Positions 9,336 to 17,904 are shown, counted from the first letter of the stretch. The stretch is DNA of 64,000 nt from Methylophilus sp. (GCA_030696695.1 JAUYRP010000001.1:70775-134774), one strand, 5' to 3'. The notes: a model not told the origin generated them from the sequence alone. Numbers and translations: made by a program.

Positions 9336-10442
9336 ATGGCTAATCAACCAAAAAACAACGCACAAAATGACAAAAATGGCCGCATATCTAGCGATTATCG
9401 CTGGCTAGTGTTTTCAGGCATCATTGCGTTCATGGTGTATTTGCTTAGCCCCATTTTGACACCATTTTTAATTGCGGCTGTACTCGCCTACATCTGCGAT
9501 CCACTGGTTGATCGCTTGAGTGCTTTTACTATTGGCAAGTTCAGCGTGGGCAGAACCATCGCCACAGTGCTTGTGCTACTGGCACTATCACTCGCCATCA
9601 TCTTGATGTTCTTGATTATTATCCCTATGTTACAAAAGCAGTCTCTGCTGATTGCCGAACGTTTACCCAGTTTGATTGACCACATACGCAAGACGGTTGA
9701 GCCTTGGCTACAATCCAAATTTGGTATTAGCCTTGCCATTGATAGCGCACACGTGCAGGACATCATCAGTAAAAACTGGAAAACAACTGGCGACATTATT
9801 GGTGAAGTGTTAAAAACAGCAGGCACGCAAGGCTTGGCATTTATTGGTCTACTTGCCAATTTGTTTTTGCTCCCTGTCGTGTTGTTTTTCTTGCTACGTG
9901 ATTGGGATGAATTAGTGGCGAATGTCGGCGAACTAATACCGCGCGATTGGATTGATAACGTGACCAGCATTGCTAAAGAAGTGGACCAAGTGGTGGCTGA
10001 GTTTTTGCGCGGCCAACTCTCCGTGATGTTTGCTTTGGGCATATTTTATAGCTTTGGATTATGGCTCGCAGGGTTAGAAATGGCACTTTCTATTGGTTTG
10101 ATTGGTGGTTTGTTGAGCTTTATCCCCTACTTAGGATTTGCACTGGCATTTATCATGGCAGTGGCATTGGCGGTTTTACAATTCTCATCATTTGAGCAAG
10201 TGATTCCAGTATTAATCGTGTTTGGTCTTGGTCAGTTTGTGGAGAGTTTCGTACTCACTCCTGTCTTAGTGGGCAATCGTATTGGCTTGCACCCCGTGGT
10301 GGTCATTTTAGCTTTGTTGGCGGGTGGGCAATTATTTGGTTTTGCAGGCGTGTTGTTGGCATTGCCCGTGAGTGCGGCCATTGCGGTAGGGCTACGTCAC
10401 ACGCGTGATAACTACCTGAACAGTGACACCTACCTCAATTAG
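9336..10442 (+). CDS. AI-2E family transporter (PerM/YhhT-like permease)
   Basis: 368 aa with about 8 TM segments. The purM-neighbouring position recalls E. coli perM, which also lies beside purM. Confidence 0.75.
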   Translation: MANQPKNNAQNDKNGRISSDYRWLVFSGIIAFMVYLLSPILTPFLIAAVLAYICDPLVDRLSAFTIGKFSVGRTIATVLVLLALSLAIILMFLIIIPMLQKQSLLIAERLPSLIDHIRKTVEPWLQSKFGISLAIDSAHVQDIISKNWKTTGDIIGEVLKTAGTQGLAFIGLLANLFLLPVVLFFLLRDWDELVANVGELIPRDWIDNVTSIAKEVDQVVAEFLRGQLSVMFALGIFYSFGLWLAGLEMALSIGLIGGLLSFIPYLGFALAFIMAVALAVLQFSSFEQVIPVLIVFGLGQFVESFVLTPVLVGNRIGLHPVVVILALLAGGQLFGFAGVLLALPVSAAIAVGLRHTRDNYLNSDTYLN

Positions 10443-10453
10443 CTTGCAGATTC

Positions 10454-11065
10454 ATGATGATGAAGCAACTGCTACTGGATATTCAGCCACCAGCGCCACC
10501 TAGTTTACATAACTTTATTGTAGGCAAAAATCAGGAGGCGATTGCTAATCTATATGCTGCTATCCAAGGCACAGCACCGTCAAAATTCGTGTATTTGTGG
10601 GGGGAATCTGGCAGTGGAAAATCACACTTGCTCACCGCCGCAAAAGACTTAGGTGCACATGTGGCAGATGATGTGCATTTATTGGATGCAGAAGCACAAA
10701 TCGCACTGTTCAATCGCTACAACCAACTGAAAGAACAAGGCGAAACACTGATTACCGCAGGGCTATATGCCCCCACACAAATGGCCTTACGTGATGATTT
10801 AGCGACAAGGCTGGCATGGGGATTGGTCTACCAACTGCATCCACTCAGCGATGAAGAGAAAGCACAGGCTTTACAATCGCACGCCAAAGAGCGCGGTATG
10901 AAACTCCCTGATGAAGTTGTTGATTACTGCTTACGTTACCTGCGACGCGATTTACCTACCTTAATGGCGGTATTAGATGCGTTGGACGAATGGTCGCTCA
11001 CCGAAAAAAAACCTGTGACAGTGCCTATGCTAAAGAAATTATTGCAGTTAGATTTAGGGATTTAG
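10454..11065 (+). CDS. hda: DnaA regulatory inactivator Hda
   Basis: About 200 aa DnaA domain III-like protein. Walker A-like GESGSGKSHLL. N-terminal MKQLLLDI resembles the clamp-binding QL[SL]LPL-type motif. Confidence 0.8.
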   Translation: MMMKQLLLDIQPPAPPSLHNFIVGKNQEAIANLYAAIQGTAPSKFVYLWGESGSGKSHLLTAAKDLGAHVADDVHLLDAEAQIALFNRYNQLKEQGETLITAGLYAPTQMALRDDLATRLAWGLVYQLHPLSDEEKAQALQSHAKERGMKLPDEVVDYCLRYLRRDLPTLMAVLDALDEWSLTEKKPVTVPMLKKLLQLDLGI

Positions 11066-11288
11066 GGATTTTTTTGCATACCTATTTATTAACCAGCTTA
11101 GTTTAACTATGCATACTTAAACTATATTAAAGTTAAGCTATTAAAGCCTTTTTTGCTGGTATAGCAGGCTTGGCAGCCACTATCACATTAGATAAAGTGT
11201 GGAGAACAGAAAATAGGCAAACCTATTCTAAACGCGCGATTGATTATGCGGAGAGACTAAAAATCTGTGGTTAGCATTTTAATTAACT

Positions 11289-11358
11289 CCCCAACTCTCT
11301 TTACCCCAACTCTCTTATATTCACTCTGCCCCCAGTTATTTCTTGACCCCAGTTATTT
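11289..11358 (+). repeat. C-rich short tandem direct repeats in the hda-cheX-like spacer
   Basis: CCCCAACTCTCT occurs at 11289-11300 and 11304-11315 (period 15). CCCCAGTTATTT occurs at 11330-11341 and 11347-11358 (period 17). Confidence 0.8.
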
Positions 11359-11491
11359 ATCCTCGCCCTCTAATCTCAATGATTCTGCTCACACGTTAAT
11401 TTTTAAAATTGAGCGGTATTTACGTCATTGATTGTCACTTTATTATCTATAAAAGTCTGTAGGATTTCAATTCTATATTGGGGGATGCTCT

Positions 11492-11986
11492 ATGCAGTTG
11501 TTACCAACACAGGACATGATGAGGAAAATATCAGAGTCATGGTCATTTGTGAGCGGTGCAGCTTTCCAGTTTAAGGAAAGTGATCACTATACGTTTCACA
11601 ACCATGAGAATCTGATGGCCGTAATTTTGCCTTTATTTTTAGACAATCTTCCTCAACGCGAATCTATAGCGATTGGCTTGATTCTTGATGATGATGAAGC
11701 AATCAAGGTGGCATCACATATGTTTGGGATGACACCAGACACCTTGTCTTTGGCTGATATTCAGGATGCGAAAAAGGAAACCTGTAACATTCTAGGGGGT
11801 GGCCTGATTGTGGATAACAACAGCAAGCTAGGACTCCCAAAAGAAATTCCGCTTGAGGAATTCCTTCAGTTACAAAAAAATGCAACATTTAGCATGCTGT
11901 TTGTCAGTGACAAGCCAAATGAAGATCTGGTTAATCTGGTGATCTTCGATGTAAATATTAAGTCTTCAGGGGAATTTTTATCATGA
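11492..11986 (+). CDS. CheX-like (CheC/CheX/FliY family) putative CheY-P phosphatase
   Basis: 164 aa. The segment AIKVASHMFG...LADIQDAKKETCNILGGGL parallels T. maritima CheX (ALKVVSAMMG...LSAIGELGNMTAGKL) and contains the D-x3-E-x2-N signature (DAKKETCN). SD GGGGGA lies 6 nt upstream. ATGA overlap with the next gene. Confidence 0.65.
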   Translation: MQLLPTQDMMRKISESWSFVSGAAFQFKESDHYTFHNHENLMAVILPLFLDNLPQRESIAIGLILDDDEAIKVASHMFGMTPDTLSLADIQDAKKETCNILGGGLIVDNNSKLGLPKEIPLEEFLQLQKNATFSMLFVSDKPNEDLVNLVIFDVNIKSSGEFLS

Positions 11987-12882
11987 GTGCAATGACAAAT
12001 GGAGTTGCCAAATTTTTGATCGTTGATGACAGTCGTGCTATTCAAAGCATCATTAAAAGAGTCATAGAGTCCTGCAATTATCCCAATTTGGAAATTCAGA
12101 ATGCCAATGATGCAGAAGCCGCAATGGAGATTCTTGAAAAATTTACACCCGATCTAGTCATTACTGACTGGCATATGCAGAAAGTGAGTGGGCTGGAGTT
12201 TTGCCAGCATGTATGCCAAACCTACGGTAACAAAATTCCTATAGGCTTCGTGACTACCGAGTCCAGCACGGAGAAAATTAATTCTGCCTATCAAAGCGGA
12301 GCGAAATTTGTGATTAACAAACCATTTCAAGATGCGGATTTAAGGACGCAATTAATGCGTTTTGTACCCTTGAACGGCTCTGGTGGCGTTGAGAAAATCG
12401 ACAGTTCAGCCATGGCGAGCACTGTCGCACTTTTGTCGACTCTGTTACAGGGACAGCCATTTACCTTTGAGCCCTGCCCTCCGCTTGCCCTTGAAGACTT
12501 CAGTGAGAACAATCTGATTGGCTTATTTGGCATAAACGGCAAAACACCTCCCGTGAATGCCTTGGCCATTATGGAAATGGGGGCCGTGGGTGTATTGTGG
12601 GGTATGAATAACAACCAGCAATCGATGATACTTTCAGTGATCAAGAATGGCACTGCTACAAACGACCAACTGGAAGAAGCGACCAAATTCATGGATGAGT
12701 TTGGCGCAGGTATGTCGATAGGCTACAAAAACGGTCCTCTCAAACTGGCACGCTCTAGCATAGTCAGCAGACAGTTTCCCAGACTGGAAATGTCGCTCAC
12801 CACAAATGAAGGACGCACAGACTACATGCTCACTGTGCCTGGCATCGGTGTTGGCTACATCACTTACATCAAATTGATCTGA
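11983..12882 (+). CDS. Response regulator: CheY-like receiver domain fused to a ~170-aa C-terminal domain (possibly degenerate CheX-like)
   Basis: Complete REC: IVDDS, phospho-acceptor D in LVITDWHM, T in FVTTES, K in INKPF. The C-terminal part (ALAIMEMGAVGVLWGM...DQLEEATKFMDEFGAGMS) has a CheX-like layout but carries E-F-G-A where E-x-x-N is expected. Confidence 0.75.
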   Translation: MSAMTNGVAKFLIVDDSRAIQSIIKRVIESCNYPNLEIQNANDAEAAMEILEKFTPDLVITDWHMQKVSGLEFCQHVCQTYGNKIPIGFVTTESSTEKINSAYQSGAKFVINKPFQDADLRTQLMRFVPLNGSGGVEKIDSSAMASTVALLSTLLQGQPFTFEPCPPLALEDFSENNLIGLFGINGKTPPVNALAIMEMGAVGVLWGMNNNQQSMILSVIKNGTATNDQLEEATKFMDEFGAGMSIGYKNGPLKLARSSIVSRQFPRLEMSLTTNEGRTDYMLTVPGIGVGYITYIKLI

Positions 12883-12892
12883 GGAGTTTTCT

Positions 12893-13657
12893 ATGGCTTA
12901 CAGCTTCAATGATATTGTGGGCAGTTTAGCCATATTAGTATGCTGCGGTGCCGCGATATTGCTTGTCAAATTATTAGTGAGCAATACGATGCAGCAGGAA
13001 AAGTTTTTCAACTCGCTAGGCAAATGCCATTCTGAATTGCAAACTGCATCTACCAAGCTAGAAACGCTGTGCACCATATTGGATCGCAGATTTTCTAATA
13101 TGGAGGACAATAAAAACCATCCTGATCCATTATTAATCAATACATTACAGCGCTTTGATAAAATCACTAAAGATCTCCGTGAACGCTTGGATGATATTCT
13201 GCTACCAAGCTTTTCAGAAAGCGCACCTCAGCAGATAAATCAGTTACCAAGTGATGACGTCATAGAGGAAATCTCCAAGCTACAGAGTACGCTAGAAGAA
13301 ATTGCTAACCAGTTGCGCAAAAGCAACTATCTTTCTATGGATGAGAATGCAGAGCTCAGCGCCATGCACAAACGTATAGAAAGCTATCAGTCTATGGTGA
13401 TGAAAGCTCGGGCTGAAGCCAATGACTCTGCAAATATCATGGCTAATCTAAGGCTTGAAATACAGAAGCTACAAAGTTCACAAATATCCAATCCTGCTGA
13501 ATCCTCTGTTGAAAATCGGCGTTTGCAAGAGCAAGTTCAGGAACTGGCGCAAGAAAAGCTCGCTCTTGAAGAAAAATTCAAAGCGCTTGATAACGAAATG
13601 CAGCGAAATAATATTGAAAAGAAATTTATTGAAGATCGATTTATTGAACTGTCGTAA
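12893..13657 (+). CDS. Membrane-anchored coiled-coil protein (hypothetical)
   Basis: 254 aa. A single N-terminal TM (IVGSLAILVCCGAAILLVKLLV) is followed by about 200 aa of heptad-like Q/E/L/K-rich sequence. SD GAGGAG upstream. 10 nt after the previous gene. Confidence 0.7.
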   Translation: MAYSFNDIVGSLAILVCCGAAILLVKLLVSNTMQQEKFFNSLGKCHSELQTASTKLETLCTILDRRFSNMEDNKNHPDPLLINTLQRFDKITKDLRERLDDILLPSFSESAPQQINQLPSDDVIEEISKLQSTLEEIANQLRKSNYLSMDENAELSAMHKRIESYQSMVMKARAEANDSANIMANLRLEIQKLQSSQISNPAESSVENRRLQEQVQELAQEKLALEEKFKALDNEMQRNNIEKKFIEDRFIELS

Positions 13658-14002
13658 ATTTTAGTGCGCTACTACTCAATTTACTAAATGGGCTCTGAAT
13701 TCATTTAATTGGCAAATAATTGGCATCAGAGCAATATTAAACAGCATCTTCAAACTTATCCTTTCGCCACCCAACTGGTCCCTTCTTTTACCCTGATTCA
13801 CGCGACTTTTATTAATCGCTCAACGCCCTCCTTCAAGCACTCATTGCCAAACGCCAATCCTTTATTTAACGCCTTTCAAATATTTTTCTATTAATTCAAT
13901 TACCACACGATGCGTTGGTGTTTGTCAGTCACTTTTTGGGGTAAACCTCTCCAATCGATACTCACCGATGATAAATGGTGATAAAGAAGGGATAAATGGG
14001 GC

Positions 14003-14062
14003 TCAGACACGATTAATTTGTTAGGAGTATGGATGATGATGTTGGAAATTAATCGTGTCTGA
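14003..14062 (+). repeat. Perfect 17-bp inverted repeat (TCAGACACGATTAATTT / AAATTAATCGTGTCTGA) with 26-nt spacer, followed by T-tracts
   Basis: Checked base by base: arms are 14003-14019 and 14046-14062. Downstream sequence is CCCAATTTTTTACGATTTTTTG. It could be a long-loop terminator, an operator, or the ends of a miniature element. Confidence 0.85.
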
Positions 14063-14235
14063 CCCAATTTTTTACGATTTTTTGCGCGGCTATTAGGCGG
14101 CTGGATGAGTGGGTTGGGCATTGGTGTAGCTCAGTCTTTGTCATTCACCAAGTTTGAACCTGCTACAGGTGAAGCAAAGCGGATGGCATCACTTTTGTCG
14201 TGTATCACGGGGTTGGGAGTCAGTTCATGACAATG

Positions 14236-14598
14236 CTAGTAATCTGTTTCTTTTGTTTGACCATTCTTGTCGATGCACCAGCCTTTTCGCACTACTTTAC
14301 CATTACAGATTTCAGGCTCTCTAAAGTCTCCACCTGCATTTTCAAATTCAAATATGGTACGTGGTCTAAAGCCTTTTCTTTGTATATCCCATCCCAGCAT
14401 TACGCCATTCAGCTTGAGTCTAAACTTGATCCGCAAAGCACCCAATATCATCATCAGCAAGGTAGGTGCCACCACCACAAACTCAACTAAAGATGCACCA
14501 CTTAGCTTTAGCCAGACGCGTGAAGTGGAGAATGGTGTAGATAAGATTGACATGAAAAATGCAGGGTTGTGAACGTTATTATTTTTATACACTTGCAT
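14236..14598 (-). CDS. Orphan TadE-like (Flp pilus pseudopilin-type N-terminus) hypothetical protein, possibly a gene remnant
   Basis: The segment GASLVEFVVVAPTLLMMILGAL fits the TadE-family N-terminal pattern G-x3-VEF-x2-V-x-P-x-LL-x4-G. It is short (120 aa or fewer, start uncertain). No other tad/flp genes are in the window. Confidence 0.4.
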   Translation of the reverse strand: MQVYKNNNVHNPAFFMSILSTPFSTSRVWLKLSGASLVEFVVVAPTLLMMILGALRIKFRLKLNGVMLGWDIQRKGFRPRTIFEFENAGGDFREPEICNGKVVRKGWCIDKNGQTKETDY

Positions 14599-14769
14599 AC
14601 ATTATGAAAATATTTACACGTGTGCATACAATTTTATTTTACTTTTCTAAATAGACCTGTTGCTAGCTTTTGCCCTAATGCAAGCTTTATGGGGCTGTTA
14701 GCAAGCGTCTAGGCGGGGTGTTTTGTAGTAAAATAAGATCTTGATAGATAGCTACTATCCGAGGAACCT

Positions 14770-16401
14770 ATGTTACGCATTACGGAAATCAAACTCCCGA
14801 TTGAGCAAGCTGATACGCTCATCCATCAAGACGACCAAATTAAAGCCGCATTACTTAAACGGCTGGAAATTCCCGAATCTGACCTGATCCAGTTTTCTAT
14901 TTTTAAACGCGGTGTGGATGCACGTAAATCACATGCGATTTTGTACGTCTATAGCTTAGATGTCGAAGTCAAAAACGAAGCCAAGATACTCTCAAAGTTT
15001 AAAAAAGACCCGCATATCAAGCCGGCACCAGATACAAGCTATCACTTTGTGGCAACCGCAAACCATGCAAAAAAAATCCGCCCTATCATTGTTGGGTTTG
15101 GGCCAGCTGGCATTTTCGCAGCACTGATATTAGCCCAATCTGGCTTTAACCCTATCGTATTAGAGCGCGGTAAAGAAGTACGCAAACGCACCAAAGATAC
15201 TTGGGCATTATGGCGTAAAAATACGCTCAACCCAGAGTCTAATGTGCAGTTTGGCGAAGGTGGTGCAGGCACATTCTCCGATGGCAAACTGTATAGCCAA
15301 ATCAAAGACCCCAAACACTATGGGCGCAAAGTGATTCAAGAGTTTGTCAAAGCAGGCGCACCGCCAGAAATTCAATACGTGAGTCATCCGCATATCGGCA
15401 CATTTAGGCTGGTCGGCATGGTGGAAGAAATGCGCAACACCATCAAAGCACTTGGTGGTGAAATTCGCTTTGAAAGCCGTGTGGACGATATTCATATTGA
15501 AAACAATCAAGTGCAGGGCGTGACTTTGCAAACGGGTGAATTTATTGCGACTAACCACCTTGTCCTAGCTGTCGGACATAGTGCGCGCGATACCTTTGAA
15601 ATGGTGTACAAAAAAGGCATTTTTGTAGAAGCCAAACCATTTTCGATTGGCTTTCGTATCGAACATCCACAAGGCATGATTGACCGCGCGCGTTACGGCA
15701 AAAGCTACTCTGAAGATATTTTAACCAAGCTTGGCGCTGCTGATTACAAACTTGTGCATCATGCCAAAAATGGACGAAGCGTATACAGCTTCTGCATGTG
15801 TCCGGGCGGTACCGTGGTCGCAGCGGCATCCGAGCCAAATCGTGTGGTGACCAACGGCATGAGCCAATACTCACGGAACGAGCGCAACGCCAACGCAGGC
15901 ATTGTGGTTGGCATTACGCCAGAAGTCGATTATCCAGACCATCCGCTTGCTGGCATGGAATTTCAACGTAAGTTAGAGAGCCACGCCTTTGTGCTGGGTG
16001 GCAGTAATTACAACGCGCCTGGGCAACTCATTGGCGACTTTTTAGCCAATCGCCCATCTACGCAATTTGGCGAAGTCATGCCTTCCTACACGCCAGGGGT
16101 CACCCTCACCAATCTAGACACCGCCTTACCAGAATTTGCGATTACTGCCATGCGTGAAGCCATTCCCGCTTTTGCCAAACAAGTGCAAGGCTTTGATTTA
16201 GCTGACGGCATACTCACGGGCGTGGAAACACGCACCTCCGCGCCCATCCGCATCAAACGTGACGACGACACTCTAGAGAGCATCAACACCAAAGGACTTT
16301 ACCCCTGCGGTGAAGGCGCAGGCTATGCGGGTGGTATTTTATCGGCAGGCGTGGATGGGATTAAGGTGGCAGAAGCGGTGGCATTAAGTATTGTTAGATA
16401 G
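14770..16401 (+). CDS. NAD(P)/FAD-dependent oxidoreductase (uncharacterised FAD-dependent dehydrogenase family, COG2509-like)
   Basis: 543 aa. Dinucleotide fold IIVGFGPAGIFAAL. C-terminal GEGAGYAGGI motif. Confidence 0.75.
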   Translation: MLRITEIKLPIEQADTLIHQDDQIKAALLKRLEIPESDLIQFSIFKRGVDARKSHAILYVYSLDVEVKNEAKILSKFKKDPHIKPAPDTSYHFVATANHAKKIRPIIVGFGPAGIFAALILAQSGFNPIVLERGKEVRKRTKDTWALWRKNTLNPESNVQFGEGGAGTFSDGKLYSQIKDPKHYGRKVIQEFVKAGAPPEIQYVSHPHIGTFRLVGMVEEMRNTIKALGGEIRFESRVDDIHIENNQVQGVTLQTGEFIATNHLVLAVGHSARDTFEMVYKKGIFVEAKPFSIGFRIEHPQGMIDRARYGKSYSEDILTKLGAADYKLVHHAKNGRSVYSFCMCPGGTVVAAASEPNRVVTNGMSQYSRNERNANAGIVVGITPEVDYPDHPLAGMEFQRKLESHAFVLGGSNYNAPGQLIGDFLANRPSTQFGEVMPSYTPGVTLTNLDTALPEFAITAMREAIPAFAKQVQGFDLADGILTGVETRTSAPIRIKRDDDTLESINTKGLYPCGEGAGYAGGILSAGVDGIKVAEAVALSIVR

Positions 16402-16410
16402 GGAGTTTAG

Positions 16411-17904
16411 ATGAAACTATCACGCGTTTTTAGTTTTGTGCTTGTGCTATTTTTTGCGTGCCCCAACTTGATAGTGGCACGTGATGATTTAAGTCTTGTA
16501 GATGCACAAATCGCCTCACACCTAAATCAAAGTGGCATTTACGTGCTCGACACCGGTGAGGAAGCTTTGCTCGCCCGTGCTTGGTTGGCAGACCATGCGC
16601 AAAAAACCATTGAAGTACAATATTTTATTTGGAGCACGGATAATATTGGCATATTAGCTTCTGAAGCATTATTACGTGCGGCGGATAGAGGCGTTAAGGT
16701 GCGGGTCATTGTGGACGATTTACTCGTCGATGCGCCCGATAAATCACTGCTTGCCCTTGCCAAGCACCCCAATATTGAGATTCGTATTTATAACCCACAG
16801 CATTCTGTCGGCACGCCTTTTCATAAACGCTTAGTCAATATCGCAGTGAATTTTCGCGGCGTTAATCAACGTATGCACGATAAAACTTTTATGGTGGATG
16901 GCAAACTTGCTATTACAGGCGGACGCAATATGGCGGCCGAATATTTTGACTACAACTCTGACTACAACTTTCGCGATCGTGATGCGCTTTTACTCGGGCC
17001 AGTGGTGGAAGACATGCGCACTAGCTTTGATAAATTTTGGGCTAGCCCGCTTAGCGCGCCTGTTGAAGAGTTGTATGATGGCTTAGGTCTTGTTCAAAAA
17101 AATGTATCTGTAAAAGCTGACGAAATTCAAAAAATTTATGCCGATTTACATAGCTACGCAAATAATCCTGACAACTTTTCGCCAGAAAACCGTGAGGCAA
17201 TTCAAAACACGCCTCAAGCGTTTATGCGGCTTACCAAACAAGTCATTTGGACTGAAATCGAGTTTATTAGTGATACGCCCGGCAAAAATAGCAATAAATT
17301 ACTGCTTGGCGGTGGCGGAAAAACGACAGAAAAATTAGCCGCGTTGGTAGAAAACGCACAAAGCGAAATTGTCATTCAATCTCCTTATTTGGTGATGTCA
17401 TCAGAGGCGATAAAGCTCTTTAAAAAAGCCATCAAACGCGGCGTTAAAGTGCAAATCAACACTAATTCACTTGCCGCCACTGATAATGTTCAAGCCTTTA
17501 GTGGCTATCGTAATCAACGCGAAACCCTCACTAAAATGGGTATTGAAATTTTTGAATTTAAGCCAGATGCGCAAATTAAGCATCTGTTGGTGCGCCATAA
17601 TACCAACGGCGTACTGAAGCCGCCAATATTTGCAATACACGCTAAAACGATGGTGGTAGATCATAAAATTGTCTATATAGGCACGTTTAATTTTGACCCA
17701 CGCTCACAAAACCTTAACACTGAAGTGGGCGTGATTTTACAAAATGCTCAGTTAGCAAAAGAAGTGCAAACAGCAATAGAAGTTGATATGCTGCCCGAAA
17801 ATAGTTGGAACGCGGCCACTGACCACCCAGATAAATTTGCCAGTGCAAGTAAGCGCAGGCGTGTATTTTCGTATCAACTGATGCCGATAAAACCGCTACT
17901 TTAG
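16411..17904 (+). CDS. Secreted phospholipase D / cardiolipin synthase-like family protein
   Basis: Two HKD motifs (HDKTFMVDG and HAKTMVVDH). N-terminal signal peptide MKLSRVFSFVLVLFFACPNLIVA. Starts 10 nt after the previous gene. Confidence 0.85.
   Translation: MKLSRVFSFVLVLFFACPNLIVARDDLSLVDAQIASHLNQSGIYVLDTGEEALLARAWLADHAQKTIEVQYFIWSTDNIGILASEALLRAADRGVKVRVIVDDLLVDAPDKSLLALAKHPNIEIRIYNPQHSVGTPFHKRLVNIAVNFRGVNQRMHDKTFMVDGKLAITGGRNMAAEYFDYNSDYNFRDRDALLLGPVVEDMRTSFDKFWASPLSAPVEELYDGLGLVQKNVSVKADEIQKIYADLHSYANNPDNFSPENREAIQNTPQAFMRLTKQVIWTEIEFISDTPGKNSNKLLLGGGGKTTEKLAALVENAQSEIVIQSPYLVMSSEAIKLFKKAIKRGVKVQINTNSLAATDNVQAFSGYRNQRETLTKMGIEIFEFKPDAQIKHLLVRHNTNGVLKPPIFAIHAKTMVVDHKIVYIGTFNFDPRSQNLNTEVGVILQNAQLAKEVQTAIEVDMLPENSWNAATDHPDKFASASKRRRVFSYQLMPIKPLL

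Noticed and set aside
9488-10042. 184-aa ORF on the - strand
   Set aside because: It is antisense to the AI-2E transporter gene. It has no start context and no motifs.
11289-11358. Possible CRISPR-like repeat array
   Set aside because: There are only two copies each of two different 12-mers, with 3-5 nt between copies. There is no repeat-spacer architecture and no cas genes. It is a simple tandem duplication.
13709-14121. ORFs 13709-13894 (+) and 13900-14121 (-)
   Set aside because: No Shine-Dalgarno sequence, low-complexity or odd composition, and no motifs. The minus ORF is read straight through the 17-bp inverted repeat. Treated as non-coding.
14126-14135. tRNA-like string GTAGCTCAGT (D-arm-like), with AGTTTGAACC (T-loop-like) about 25 nt downstream
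   Set aside because: No complementary D-stem (GAGC), no T-stem pairing and no acceptor stem. The span is too short for a cloverleaf. At most it is a very decayed tRNA fragment and cannot be supported.
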